A stretch of DNA of 63,676 bases, the filler included, from Pirum gemmata (lineage: Eukaryota), in NCBI GenBank assembly GCA_002812295.1. It is 22 parts of 22 records of this genome, joined end to end, with 100 filler letters (N's around TTAATTAATTAA, not from the genome) between each part and the next. Parts side by side here need not be neighbours in the genome. Positions count along the whole stretch, not along the records: positions 34,842 to 38,136 come from PDIN01004844.1; positions 38,237 to 40,949 come from PDIN01004845.1; positions 41,050 to 43,800 come from PDIN01004846.1; positions 43,901 to 46,653 come from PDIN01004847.1; positions 46,754 to 49,481 come from PDIN01004848.1; positions 49,582 to 52,332 come from PDIN01004849.1; 16 more parts are not named here. One strand, written 5' to 3'. Shown piece after piece: positions 37,948-51,094 of the stretch (its first letter is position 1; each line of letters opens with the position of its first letter). Position numbers and translations under genes: made by a program. The notes under the pieces are model-generated. The model saw only the letters and a list, made by a program, of their open reading frames with translations. It was not told the origin of the DNA and ran no database searches.

Positions 37948-38529
37948 CTAAAATCAAATTATTTGAGAAATTAATATAATATTGTGTGTGCCTGGTATGT
38001 GTGTGCCTGGTATGTGTGTGCCTGGTATGTCTGTGTCTGTGTCTCTGTGTCTGTGTCTGTGTCTGTGCTTGTGTCTGTGTCTGTGTCTGTGTCTGTGTCT
38101 GTGTCTGTGTCTGTGTCTGTGTCTGTGTCTGTGTCTNNNNNNNNNNNNNNNNNNNNNNNNNNNNNNNNNNNNNNNNNNNNTTAATTAATTAANNNNNNNN
38201 NNNNNNNNNNNNNNNNNNNNNNNNNNNNNNNNNNNNATAATAATAATAATAATAAAAACAATAATACCAACAATAATAATAATAATAATAATATAATAAA
38301 ATAAAAATGTTATTTTTGCTAGTACGACTGAGAATACCCACACTATTAAAAATAAAACTAATAATACTAATAACAATAACCTAACTAAAAATAATTAAAT
38401 TTTTACTTCTAACAATAACAATAATAGAAAAAACAATACTACTAATAACAATAATTATACTAATCACACGTCTACTAGTAATAATGATACAAACAACAAT
38501 TTTAATACTAATAATAATACTAATAATAC

Positions 38530-39820
38530 TAATGCGCAAGAAATAAGAGAAATAATCAAACTCTTAGGAAAAAAAAGTCGTAACTCACCCGGCCAGGACG
38601 GTATAACTTGCAAAACACTACAGCTCTTGAGCAATAATATGATTGACCATTTAGTAACCATATACAATTACTCCTTAACAAATGGGTATGTTCCTCAACA
38701 ACGGAAGCATGCTATTATAGTATTATTTCCCAAGCCAAACAAGAATCACCGTCAACCATCAAACTACAGACCTATTAGCGTTCTCAACACGCTATCGAAA
38801 ATACTAGAAAAAATAATTCAAATAAGATTGCTAAAACACCTAAACGACAACAAAATAATCAGTGACAATCAATCTGGATTTCTAGAAAAAAGGCAAACAA
38901 GAGACATTTTATTTCGAATAATACAAGAAGGGCAATAATATACTATTAACCAAAAATCAAAAATCAAACAACAACAATTTTTCCTGGTCATGCTATATGA
39001 CATCGAAAAGGCATTTGACAAAATATGGCATGCTGAACTTATTTATAAAAAATTAAAAAACTAGGAACCCCAGTTTACTTAGTAAATTGGACCATACACT
39101 ATCTACAAGGGAGATCATACCAGACTAGATACCACAATGCTTACTCAACAGTACAAAATATCTCAACAGGCGTCCCGCAAGGGAGCATCCTTGGGTAACT
39201 TTTATTTTTAATCTTCATTAATGATCTGGCCTTACAGCTTGAACTTACCAACAACATGACTCTTTGCTGATGACCTTACAGGCTTTGGAACTTACATGAG
39301 TAAAAAACTAGCCGAACTAGCCGCCCAAAACATGCTTGATATCATAGCTGCTTGGATGGATAAAATTTAATGGGGTACGAAATAAATTACTTTCTAATCA
39401 CTAGTACTGGTGCCGATAAAAGAAAACACGAGCTCCAGCTCGCTTACCAAGACCACCCCATACAAAGAGACCCTAACCCAGTGCTACTAGGTATCACCCT
39501 AGGCAAGGACTGGAACTTCGAGAAACACGGCCTGCAACTACTAAGAAAACTTAACAACAAAAAAAGATTCCTTTATGAAATCAAAGGCACACACTGGGGA
39601 GCGAATACTAGCACTCTAGTTAACACATATAAATCCCTAATACGTTCCAACACAGATCAATCAGCCTTACCAATCATCATGATGAGTAAAACTATTCAAA
39701 AGAAATTTGAAATATTGCAAAATGACATCAACAGACTAGCTACTAACAACTCCAAACTTAACAAAGTGACTATCAAAACCCTTTATGAATTGACAAACAC
39801 CACTAGCATAATTGAACGCT
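38530..39820 (+). mobile_element. Decayed non-LTR retrotransposon (LINE, Jockey/I-like) reverse transcriptase
   Basis: SPGQDGI, FPKPNK, NYRPISVLNTLSKILEKII, QSGF, DIEKAFDKIWH, GVPQGSILG, FINDL, LFADD, LLGITL and YKSLIRS appear in order, with stops and frameshifts. Confidence 0.95.
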
Positions 39821-42113
39821 CAAGACCTTTGGTTTCTTCTTTAGTTATTGATTTAAAATTATTCTTATCAATAGTATCTTCTATTTTTTTCATTATTTGT
39901 TTTTTCTTTATTATTAATGATTTTTAAGATTTACAGAAGGATTTACATATAAAATTTCATTTTTCCAATTTTCATATTTTTTTATTGAACTGTTTAAATA
40001 ATATGTTACACTTGATTGCAAACTATCTTACTAAAGCCAACCATAACAATCACACAGCAATACAAAATACAATCATCACATACAAACTAAAAGCAAAAAG
40101 ACTCGAAGTAACGTGGTGAATTAAGTGTTAATTTATTGATTTCGTTAATTAAGTTTTTTTTAAAAAAATTATTTTTATTATAAAATGTACATTTACTTAA
40201 ATTAGAAAAAACACCCTGAATAAGAGATTTAGATTATATTAAAAAGGTAATTTTGTTATATATTTGGTTTTTTTAGGCTTTACCCACTGAGATTGATTTA
40301 TAGTTCCTTAAATAAGAAATATTTACCTAAATTGGAGCATTAAATTTACCAGGTTACTGGTTACTGTATATGGTAACTTTTTAAAGGGTTTAACCACTGA
40401 AAAGGCTTTTTAAAAATCTGGGGTATCCGTTCGATCGAAAATCTTTTTTTTTTTTTTGCGTTTATTTCATACAACCGTAGGCAGAGGGCAGAGGTCTAAT
40501 TAGAATTAATTTTTTTAGTAGGACTGAAAAAGGTAGGAAGTTTGTTATGGTCTTCTCTTTCTTTAGTAACTGACGTTATATATAATAATTATTATTATAG
40601 AGTCTGAGTAGACTGAGTAAGCTGTTTGGTTTGCACAATGCACATTGCACGTTGCACAATTAGGAGTCTACTAGTGGGATTTTAGTCCAATAATAGAAAG
40701 ATTTTCTTGATCGAGAAAGGCCTCTCAGGCTCTCACTGGTGCTCAGCCGCCTCTGAAGGGTCTAATCGCCGTAATCGGCCAATCTCTCTTTCTACAAAAA
40801 AAAAGAGATAAAAAGGGGACGTAGATTTATTTACGGCTGCAAATAGAAAATTTTGTTGCAAAATATTTTTTTTAGACCAAGCAATTTACTAGAAGCAATT
40901 TATTGGCCTAAGTATATTTTTTTTTAAATTTTTTTTTTTTTTTTTTTTTNNNNNNNNNNNNNNNNNNNNNNNNNNNNNNNNNNNNNNNNNNNNTTAATTA
41001 ATTAANNNNNNNNNNNNNNNNNNNNNNNNNNNNNNNNNNNNNNNNNNNNTTATTATTATTATTATTATTATTGCAAAAGGTAGGAAAAGTGTAGGAAACC
41101 GGTTGAAAATGTTATTTATAAGCAGAACAAAATCATTTGAAATGTCTTGGTTGAAATAAAAGTTATAGAACCTGAAGGAACTAAGTAGGAACAGTAAAAA
41201 ATGGTACCTTTGGCAAAAGCTACGATAGGAAGATCAGTTAAAATAATTTGGTTGAAAAAGAAAATAGACTACTACTACTATAAAGCTATTATATATCCAT
41301 CATAATAAATATTAGATAAATATTGAGACTATATTTATAAATATTGAGACAATATATATATAAGAGTACCAAATTAATACAATATAAATCTATTTCTTTT
41401 AATTTGGTATATTTTATTATCTATTTATTCATTTATGTATACATACTATATATAGGTACAAATACGCACAAATTATTACTACGGTATATAATAATATTAT
41501 TATATAACTGCAAAGTTACATTATTATAAATAGTATTGTGCTTTTCAGTTGTTTTGTCATCATAAAATATACAATAAATAGTACCAAATTAATAAAATAT
41601 GAATCCTTTTAATTTAATTTGGTATTTTTTATAATCTATGTATTGATTTAAAAATGTCAATGTAAAGAGTATAGCCCTCCCAATAAATATTTAGAGGGAC
41701 AAACACGATACTGTTATCAGATACATTTTTACAGATCCATGCTATAATAATAAATCTTTGTTTGTTCCTTAGTATTAATAGTACAGTGTTCGTACAGTCG
41801 TCCACTACTCCGTATAGTCTACTAGTAGTACTGTCACTAAAACGAGTATACGTTGCATACTTGTTTACATGTGCGTTGTGGACCCAGGTCTAGCTAGAGG
41901 TTACTACTACTACTACTACTATCAATACTAATACTACTACTACTACTTCTGCTGCTTTTTAAAACCCCACTTCACAATTCATTCTATAATATTTCAATAC
42001 TAAAAATTTATAATAGCATACGTAATTATTTATAATATAAATCAATTTGATATTTTAAAATGATCACTGATATTAATAATTCTTTTTTTTTTTAATTATC
42101 AATATATAATAAT

Positions 42114-42150
<37 letters not shown>

Positions 42151-43292
42151 TAATAATCATTATTTTTTTTTATATTATATCTATAGAGATAGTATATTAT
42201 ATATATTATCGTGTTTTTCAATAGTGTTGTCCAGTTCAAAAACTGAAATAAACGTATTATGTTTAAAAATTATCAGACATGTTTTAATAGGAGGAGTCTA
42301 TACATTTAGTCACTTTTAGTGTCTAAATAGACTATCGATATCATAATATTTATATATATATATATATATACCTATAGTAGCTAACTCTAGCTAGCTAGTA
42401 GACCACTACTTTACTGACTATCGATAGCACTTTCTTATTTATAAATTATCTATCATATTGTCAGCAGTTTAAAAAATCAGTTTTTAAAATAATTAGTTGG
42501 GTTAGTAATAACTTAGTATGTTGGGTTACAATTAGCTAGTTACAATTCTAAGTTCCCATGGCCAAAGTCCAGAATATTTTAAATTTGATGATTGAAAATA
42601 ATTCCAGTAGCGGGCAACCCCATTGTCCCTTCGTACATCCAAGTTGTGCTTCGGAAGGCTTACTCATACAGTTTTATATATGATAATATATATTAATATA
42701 AGTTATAAATTATAATTATATATATTATTAATATAATATATATTTGTTTCGATGGGAAATATAGTGCCATGGTGATAGTGGAGTGGGGGTACTAAAATCT
42801 TTTTTACTGTTGTTTATTATAAATGAGTGATTCATGAGTCCATGTGCTTTGCGCACTATATATGGTTATTATTATATTTTTAAATTATTGTATCAGTATA
42901 TGATTTAAATATTATAGTATTCAATATAAGTTTGAGGCATTTTATTAATTTTATGATTTTCTGTATTTGTCACACAATATATTAATACAACCAGCTGTAT
43001 AAAACTATGCCACAAGGTTTAAAAAACAGTAGTGTAGCATTATCTAAGATCTTTGCTAACGCACTCCATGATATAATCATATAGAGTGTATAGACTGGTG
43101 TGTACACTGTACACATGTAGTACAATGGCCCGTGTGTCAATGGGTAGATGATGTTATGTTTTGGGGCGGATAATGTTGATAAAAAAAATATAATAGTTGT
43201 AACTTGTAAACTTGTATGTAGTGCTGTAGTAGCTAGATGCAGCTGCAGTCTATACTGTACATGTTAGTCTGCTTTTTTTTTATTAATTAAGA

Positions 43293-43726
43293 ATAAACTT
43301 TTTTTAGTAACATGTATAAATTATAATTATTACTTTGAATTCAAATCTATTATTTAACGTGAACACCTTGTCATTTTCGTCAATGTGAAATAATAAAAAT
43401 AATAATATTATAATGTAGAAACAAAAACACTCGAATTTTTTTTTTTGAAAAATGAGAACAATGTCACATAAATATTATTTCCTGTACTGTGACAGTACTG
43501 TGACATTGTATCAGAGATATTGTTCTCATTTTTCAAAAAAAAAAAAAAATCGAGTGTTTTTGTTTCTATAGTATTAATAGTCGTATATTAATAATACATT
43601 ATTATTATTATTATACGCTGACAGTAATGGCAAGGTGTTCACACTTCAAGTTCACACTAGTTCACATAGATTTGAATTCGAAGTCATAACTATATTTATA
43701 CATATTAATATTATTAAAAAGTTTAT
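43293..43726. repeat. About 430-bp imperfect palindrome (foldback-like element)
   Basis: TAGAAACAAAAACACTCGA-(T)n-GAAAAATGAGAACAAT pairs with ATTGTTCTCATTTTTC-(A)n-TCGAGTGTTTTTGTTTCTA; outer pairs GTGAACACCTTG/CAAGGTGTTCAC and GAATTCAAATCTAT/ATAGATTTGAATTC. Confidence 0.85.
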
Positions 43727-44654
43727 ATCGTGCTTTTCATTTATTTTGTCACTCTGAATATTTATTTGGTTGATTATGATATTTAAATTGACCTTTTTAA
43801 NNNNNNNNNNNNNNNNNNNNNNNNNNNNNNNNNNNNNNNNNNNNTTAATTAATTAANNNNNNNNNNNNNNNNNNNNNNNNNNNNNNNNNNNNNNNNNNNN
43901 TTGTTAATTAACGTTATTAATATTGTTATTGGTATTGTTATTGTTATTGTTATTGTTATTGTTATTGTTATTGTTATTGTTATTATTAGTGTTATTGTTA
44001 TTGTTGTTATTGAAATTGTATTAATAGTGACATAGTCTATAATAATTAAATTAATATTAATATCTTGAACTTGTCAGTATCATATATATCTGATATAGAC
44101 CTATGAGCTCTGCTTGCTGCTGCGGTGGTAAAGTGAGTCTTTCTGCGGTGGTATTAATAAAGTGAGTCTTTCTAGTATAAGAAATTTGAGAAATGACCAG
44201 TTTAATATTGACACGTTTGTAAAAAAATGTTTTTTACAAGTAATGTATCATACATTGAATAAAAAGTGCTGTAAAAGTATAAGTATAAGTATAAGACACT
44301 TTGGAACAAATTCAAAAACCGAAAAAATAAGACATTACATTACGTGGGTATACCTTTTATTAATGTTTCTGAAGATGAAGATGGAAGAGAAACACAGAAA
44401 ACGAAAAACCAAAACCAACTCCTTGCGAAAACTATTTCACTTAGTCACAACGCCATAGACGTTGCCTTATGATTCCATGACATGTGTCCACAAAAACAAA
44501 CAGGACGTTGGTTTCAAATTTTCCAGCATACTAAAAATAAAGGTGATATTCACCTAAGTACATGATATACACACAATAATAAAAGCTATGAATCTATTTA
44601 TTNNNNNNNNNNNNNNNNNNNNNNNNNNNNNNNNNNNNNNNNNNNNNNNNNNNN

Positions 44655-44698
<44 letters not shown>

Positions 44699-44989
44699 AA
44701 TAATATTATTACTCTTGCGGGCGTGGTTTTCTTTACAGTATATCCCGCATACTAAAAATGAAGGTGATATTCACCTAAGTACATGATATACACACAATAA
44801 TAATAGCTATGAATCTATTTATTATTAATTATTATTATTATTAATACTAATTATTATTATTATTATTATTATTATTAATATTAATATTATTACTCTTGCG
44901 GGCGTGGCTTTCTTTACAGTATATCCCCACAGGCCCTATATATATACTATTTAATATTGTTTTTTTATAAAAGTGCCAGTATTGGCACA

Positions 44990-46620
44990 ATTTGTCATTT
45001 TTGTCGCAAGAAGTGTCAAATAAAGGGTTAGAGCTGGGGTTATAATTAGGGCTGGCTAGGGCTTCATTTTGTTGTTTTCCATGATTGCTTATATACTGTT
45101 TTTTATTAAGCATATTGCTACTATATGCAACTATTTCTTCTTTCACATCTTGTATCACAAAGGATTTTTTTTTCACTTGATATTGGTTGATAATAAACAT
45201 CTGTTTTGCTAGGGATTTTGTTTTCATTTGAAATGGGTTGCAATTGATAATAATTATCTGTTTTGCTAAGGTCATTTTCTTCGTTTGAAATTGGTTGATA
45301 ATAATCACTAACAAACGGTCCGTTCGTAATTTCTTTACTTTGTAAATAATTTTCAAACCTCTCATTATTCTCCCCTGTTTTATTAAGGGTACTGGTATTT
45401 TCTTCCTCTGGTAGACAATAATCAACGACAACAGGTTGGTTCGCATGATTACTCGCATAATCCAAATCACTTTGTATTGCAATGGATTGGTTTCCAAATC
45501 TATTTTGAACGAATTCTTCTGGTGTCATACCATTTAATCAATAAGCCTTTTTCCTTTTTTTTTCTTTGATACCAAAACCACACTCCTAAACATGCAAGCA
45601 CAATAAAAGTACAGTTGGAACAACACTAGCAACAATAATAGTCGTGTTTTGGGAATTATCACTTTGAGTACTAGCTTTAGTTAAATGTTTCCGAATTTTA
45701 ATAATGTGTAGTAGCTGTACACTGAATGGTTGCATAAGTAATATTAACACATTGGTCTTCTCCTTCATTGATATTATTGAATTGCATTTCTGGATGATTT
45801 GGGTTCTGGTACGTTAATCTCGCATCATAACAACTGTAATTATTTTCATTATATTTGAAAGTTTTTAGAGGTTTTTGTTGTGTACAATTATTTCTTTTTA
45901 TCGCTTATATTGAAACGTTTCCTAATTGTAATAATGTGTAATATTTTTACACTAAATGGTTGCATAAGTAATATTACCACATTGGTCTTCTCCTTCATTG
46001 ATATTATTGAATTGCATTTCTGGATGATTTGGATTCTGGTACGTTAATCTCGCATCATAACAACTGTAACTATTTTCGTTATATTTGAAAGTTTTTAGAG
46101 GTTTTTGTTGTGTACAATTATTTCTTTCTATCGCTACACGATCACACAAATAACTCTCGTTGATAAAATCCAAAGGGAAGTTTTCCCTTTCGCTTTCAGA
46201 TATGTGAAACTTGTGTTTTTGCTATATACTACAACTATAAATAATTAACTTGCTGTATTCTGTTTCGTTAGCAATAGAATAATATCCAAAACTCATTAAA
46301 CGTTAACCAGTATTTGAACAACATTGTATTGCATTATCAGTTAAAGAAATTTCTGTTAAAACTGGATCAATGAATTGGTAATAATAGAAGGTATTTCTTT
46401 AAGATTATTACTACCAAGATAAAAATCATGAAGACTATTCTGAAAGGGGACTATCATGTCGAAATTACCAATATTAGTAGATTCCAACATAAAACTTGTG
46501 TTTAAATACCTTTTTATCAAAACATTGTAAAATGATCAAAGATTGAAATGAAGTTGGATTTGCAGTATTAATAAGGGAAATGTTGTTTGAACTCAAATCC
46601 AACGATTTTAATGTGGTCAA
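44990..46620 (-). pseudogene. Decayed LRR-TM receptor-like gene with Tyr-repeat cytoplasmic tail
   Basis: LTTLKSLDLSSNNISLI, SLHDFYLGSNNLKEIP, LTEISLTDNAIQCC; Cys-rich region duplicated (45719-45904 and 45949-46135); TM TIIVASVVPTVL/IVLACLGVWFWYQRKKK (frameshift); tail with DYYQPISNE, NYYQLQPISNE, VYYQPISSE, then SNPLFD. Many stops and frameshifts. Confidence 0.8.
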
Positions 46621-46753
46621 TAATAATATATAATATAATAATAATATATAATANNNNNNNNNNNNNNNNNNNNNNNNNNNNNNNNNNNNNNNNNNNNTTA
46701 ATTAATTAANNNNNNNNNNNNNNNNNNNNNNNNNNNNNNNNNNNNNNNNNNNN

Positions 46754-47003
46754 CCAAGCCAGATAAAACTGTAGAAATCATTTTTTTCGACTTCTTTTCT
46801 AAAAACCTTTTTTAAAAAAAAAGTTAACTAGCCAAATTATTTTTTAAAACTAACCTTGGTTCATAATAATAGAGTTTAATTAGTTAGACTATTTATCAAC
46901 ATTTGGTAGTACTTTCATTAAAATTGGATCTTTTGAGATTTTTTGGATTTTTGTGCTCATAGTCTATGGCAGATGTCGCCGCCATTTTTATCCGGCTTGG
47001 TAG
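46754..47003 (+). mobile_element. MITE family B copy carrying a TA-GTC-TA insertion
   Basis: CCAAGCCAGATAAAA ... TTTTATCCGGCTTGGTAG|TTAA; CTCA-TAGTCTA-TGGC at 46956-46970 versus CTCA-TA-TGGC in the 27479 copy. Confidence 0.85.
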
Positions 47004-47644
47004 TTAAAAAAAAAATAAAAAAAGAAGAAGAAAAAAATATCAAAGAATTTTTAGAATCTAAGTAGATAATAATACCCTTTAATTAATTAAATAGCACACT
47101 GAAAACAGACTGCAGTGAGTCAGTGACTACTGTCAGACTAGTAGACTACACTGCACTCAGCGGCGTCAGCGCACTGCGTGGATGCAGCAATGCAGCATTG
47201 GTGCTTGCTCTGTAGGTTGCTTGCTTTGGTCAGCAGCCGTCAGCTGTAGTTGGTAGACAGTAGACCTACGGCTTTTCAAACTGTTTTTCAGGTCTTGAGT
47301 CTTGAGTGACAACTGACAAGTAGAATCTACCACTGAGCTGACTGAGACTACCAGTATACTACTATCGATATCATACAGTTCATTACTGCTTCATTTACTG
47401 CTAATCATCTGATTCATCTCAGACTATCATCTGCTATCATGGTCTCCTATCATGGTATCATAAACTATATTTAGAGCTTATATTCCAAAGATTTTGTTCT
47501 TTTACGCTTTTTTTGCTTTTTTGGGGGGGGGAGTAGTCCGAGTAGACGAGTAGTCTCTGGGACTACGTAGTCTCAGACTCTCAGACTCTCAGTACTCGAT
47601 CGACACTACAAGTTTTATGATAATAGTAGTTATCATAGAACTTT

Positions 47645-47683
<39 letters not shown>

Positions 47684-47691
47684 NNNNNNNN

Positions 47692-47725
<34 letters not shown>

Positions 47726-50349
47726 GTTTCTAACTATTAAAAGTCTACATACAACACTATCGTGTTTTTCAAAAGTGTTGTCCAGAAGAAGTCTAAAAAA
47801 AATGATTTCTACAGTCTTATCCGTCTGAGTTTTATCCGGCTTGGCTGTAATAATAATATTAGACTACTAGAGGTCTATCTATCATAAATAATAATAAATA
47901 AATAAAATAAACTAGAGGTATATCATAAATAATAATAAATAAATAAAATAAACAACAAAATATGCTGACAAAATAATTATGCTAAATAGAGACTAAATAG
48001 TCTATGACTGAAAATATTAAAAAATAATAAAATCATTGGCCGAGAAGAAATTATTTATTATAAGAAACAGAAAAAAAAAATAGAAAAAAAGCGGCAGAGC
48101 CAGAATCAACCATGGGCGGTGCTACAGGTGCAGCTGAGGTGCTCAATGCTCGCTCAACACTTCAACAGACTGACAACAGACTGTAAAAAAGCTCAACTTC
48201 AAACTTCAAACTTCAAAGCACTTATCGGTGGTTTGATACACAGCATTACACTGTTACACACTTTGAGACTACTAATAGTTTCAAAGCAGCTCAAGTAAAA
48301 GTTCCCAGACCTAGCTAGCTAGGTTCCCAGAGTCCCAAACTCTCATCCTCGGGTCTCGCTGCCTCAGGACCCAAACTACTGACCCAAACAGTTCCCAAAC
48401 AATAAATATTTATGTCTATATACGGCAATAATTACAGCAAAACAATAAATATTTATGTCTATATACGGCAATAATTACAGCAAAAGAAGAACATAACTGG
48501 CCAGAAATACCATTCAAAGTCTATATACAAGAATAATATACTAATAATATAGCTAATAATAATAATATGCATTATATTATACAATCTAGAGTTCCCAGAG
48601 ATAAATTGTACTAGCTATGATAGCTAGCTACTAGAGTGACCCTAGCTAGCTAGTAGTCTACGATAGTTTCTACAGTGTTTCTACACTAGTTGAAATACTT
48701 CAGTTAGTCAATAGGCCCCTTTTGTTATGCTAATATCAATAGTATAAAAGCTATCTAGTATAAAACTGTATAAATTAAAGTATTGTGCTTTTCATTTATT
48801 TTGTCACTCCGAATATTCATTTGGTTGGTTATAATATTTAAATTGACATTCTTAAATGAATAAAGAGATAATAAAATATACCAAATTAAATGAAATGGAT
48901 TTATATTGTATTAATTTGGTACTCTTTATTGTATATTTTTTATGATGACAAAACAAGTAAAAAAAAGTAAGTATTTTAAAAAGTAGTATGATAGCTATGA
49001 TCGTATGATAGGAAGGGTGTCACTCCTCCAATATATGACTCATTTTCCGCTGTGGCTGCGGCTTACTATTTATAGCAAATAATAAACTATTTAAAGTAAC
49101 TTAAGTTACTATACTAAGACTGTTCCAAAAAAAGAAAATTATTTACAATTTATGGTTTACAATTTACTTAATTGGGAAGAAGTAAATGGCTGCGGGTTGC
49201 GGAATTAGTGCCAATTTAAGGGGTCATTTACTACTTATAGGATTCTTCTAGCTAGAGGTGTCACTGTCACAGTGTCACTCCTCCTGCATGATAGTCTATG
49301 TAGGGAAGGGAAACATAAGAACCAGAACTGCAGGTTGCTGTTCTAATATTATTTATTTTATTAATGACATCAATATAATTTATAATAATGTATTATATAA
49401 TATGTTAATAATACATATATATGTCGCCTTCTGAGGATCCTAATATGGTAACTAATTGTATAATTTTGGAATTTTCAATCANNNNNNNNNNNNNNNNNNN
49501 NNNNNNNNNNNNNNNNNNNNNNNNNTTAATTAATTAANNNNNNNNNNNNNNNNNNNNNNNNNNNNNNNNNNNNNNNNNNNNATATTATTATTATTATTAT
49601 TATTATTATTGGGTTTTATTAAAATATCAGATCCTGACCCTAACCCTATTGTTATTGTTATTATTATAATTTTATTTTGTACTGTCTATGGTAACTTATT
49701 ATTAATTGTATTCGCTTCTTATGTTGGAATATTATGATTAAATTAGCAATCTTTGATAGTCGTGTATTTTATGTAATAGTATTAGTTCAGTATCATTGTA
49801 ACCTTCTTATATATTTTTCAAAAGGGCTTGAGTGTTATTCGTAGGAAAACCCTGTTAGAAGGTTAACTCTAACCCTAGCGCTAAATCCTAACCCTAGCCC
49901 TAGCACTAAACCCCAACCCTAACCCTAGCACTAAACCCCAATCCTAACTCTAATTCCCAATACATTCATCCATCACTTTCCGTTTTATAATAATAATAGT
50001 AAGTTTGTTTAGCCAAACAATAAGTGATTATGTATTGCTTTATGATAAAATTTAATGTACTTTATTATTTTTAATTCTCGACTTACTACTACTACTTTAG
50101 GCAAGTTTTTAATCTTATTATACTAGTCTAATATCATGTATTACAGTGATTTTGTGATTATATATATGCGTTTACTACTTTTGTTAATTTGCATTTCTAT
50201 GATTGGTAAGCATTATGTATTTTTTTATGTGGCTTCCATTTGATAAATGGTACAATTTGATTATTTTGCTATCATTAAGAAATGCTTTGGTTACAATAAA
50301 AATTATCAAATTGTTGTTCCTTCGAATTCAACTTCTCACACCTCCATAA

Positions 50350-50555
50350 TAATAATATTTATAGACAATAATATTTATAGACAATAATATTTATAGACAA
50401 TAATATTTATAGACAATATTTATAGACAATAATCAATAATATTTATACACAATAATATTTATAGACAATGATATTGGTAGGCAATAATATTTATAGACAA
50501 TAATATTTATAGACAATAATCGATAATGTCTATAAATATTATTGTCTATAAATAA
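50350..50555. repeat. 16-bp minisatellite (AATAATATTTATAGAC)n with inverted units at its right end; second array at 52213-52332
   Basis: Directly visible; GTCTATAAATATTATT inverted copies at 50528-50552. Confidence 0.9.
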
Positions 50556-51094
50556 TAATAATTATAGATAATAATATTAATAACAATAATATTAATAATA
50601 TTAATAACAATAATATTAATAATATTAATAACAATAATATTAATAGACCGTGGGTACAATTTGATCATTAAACAATTCTTTGGTTACAATAAAAAAGTAT
50701 CAACCTATTATTTTGCTTTAGTTATTGGGTACAATTTTATTAATTTTCTATCATTTAACGATTCCTTGGTTACAATGAAAAATACCAACTTATAGGAACA
50801 ATTTGATTCTTTTGATATCATTAAATAATTGTTGGTTCCTAAAAAGTACCCAACTAACAATTTTACAATACAAAATTATAAAAAATGAAGTTCACATAAT
50901 ACTTTTATTATTTATGTATAAATATATTTTATGCTACCGACCCTAACCCTAACCCTAACATGTTACTGTAACCCTGATCCTAACCTTAAAATTTAACCCT
51001 AACCCTGCCCCTAATACTAACCTTTCATCATAATCCTAACATTTAACCCTAACCCTGGCCCTAACCCTTACTCCAACAAAATAATTAAATGTAG

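Noticed and set aside
47100..47400. GC-richer stretch as a possible structured RNA gene
   Set aside because: No tRNA, rRNA or snRNA signature recognised; it consists of short local duplications and palindromes.
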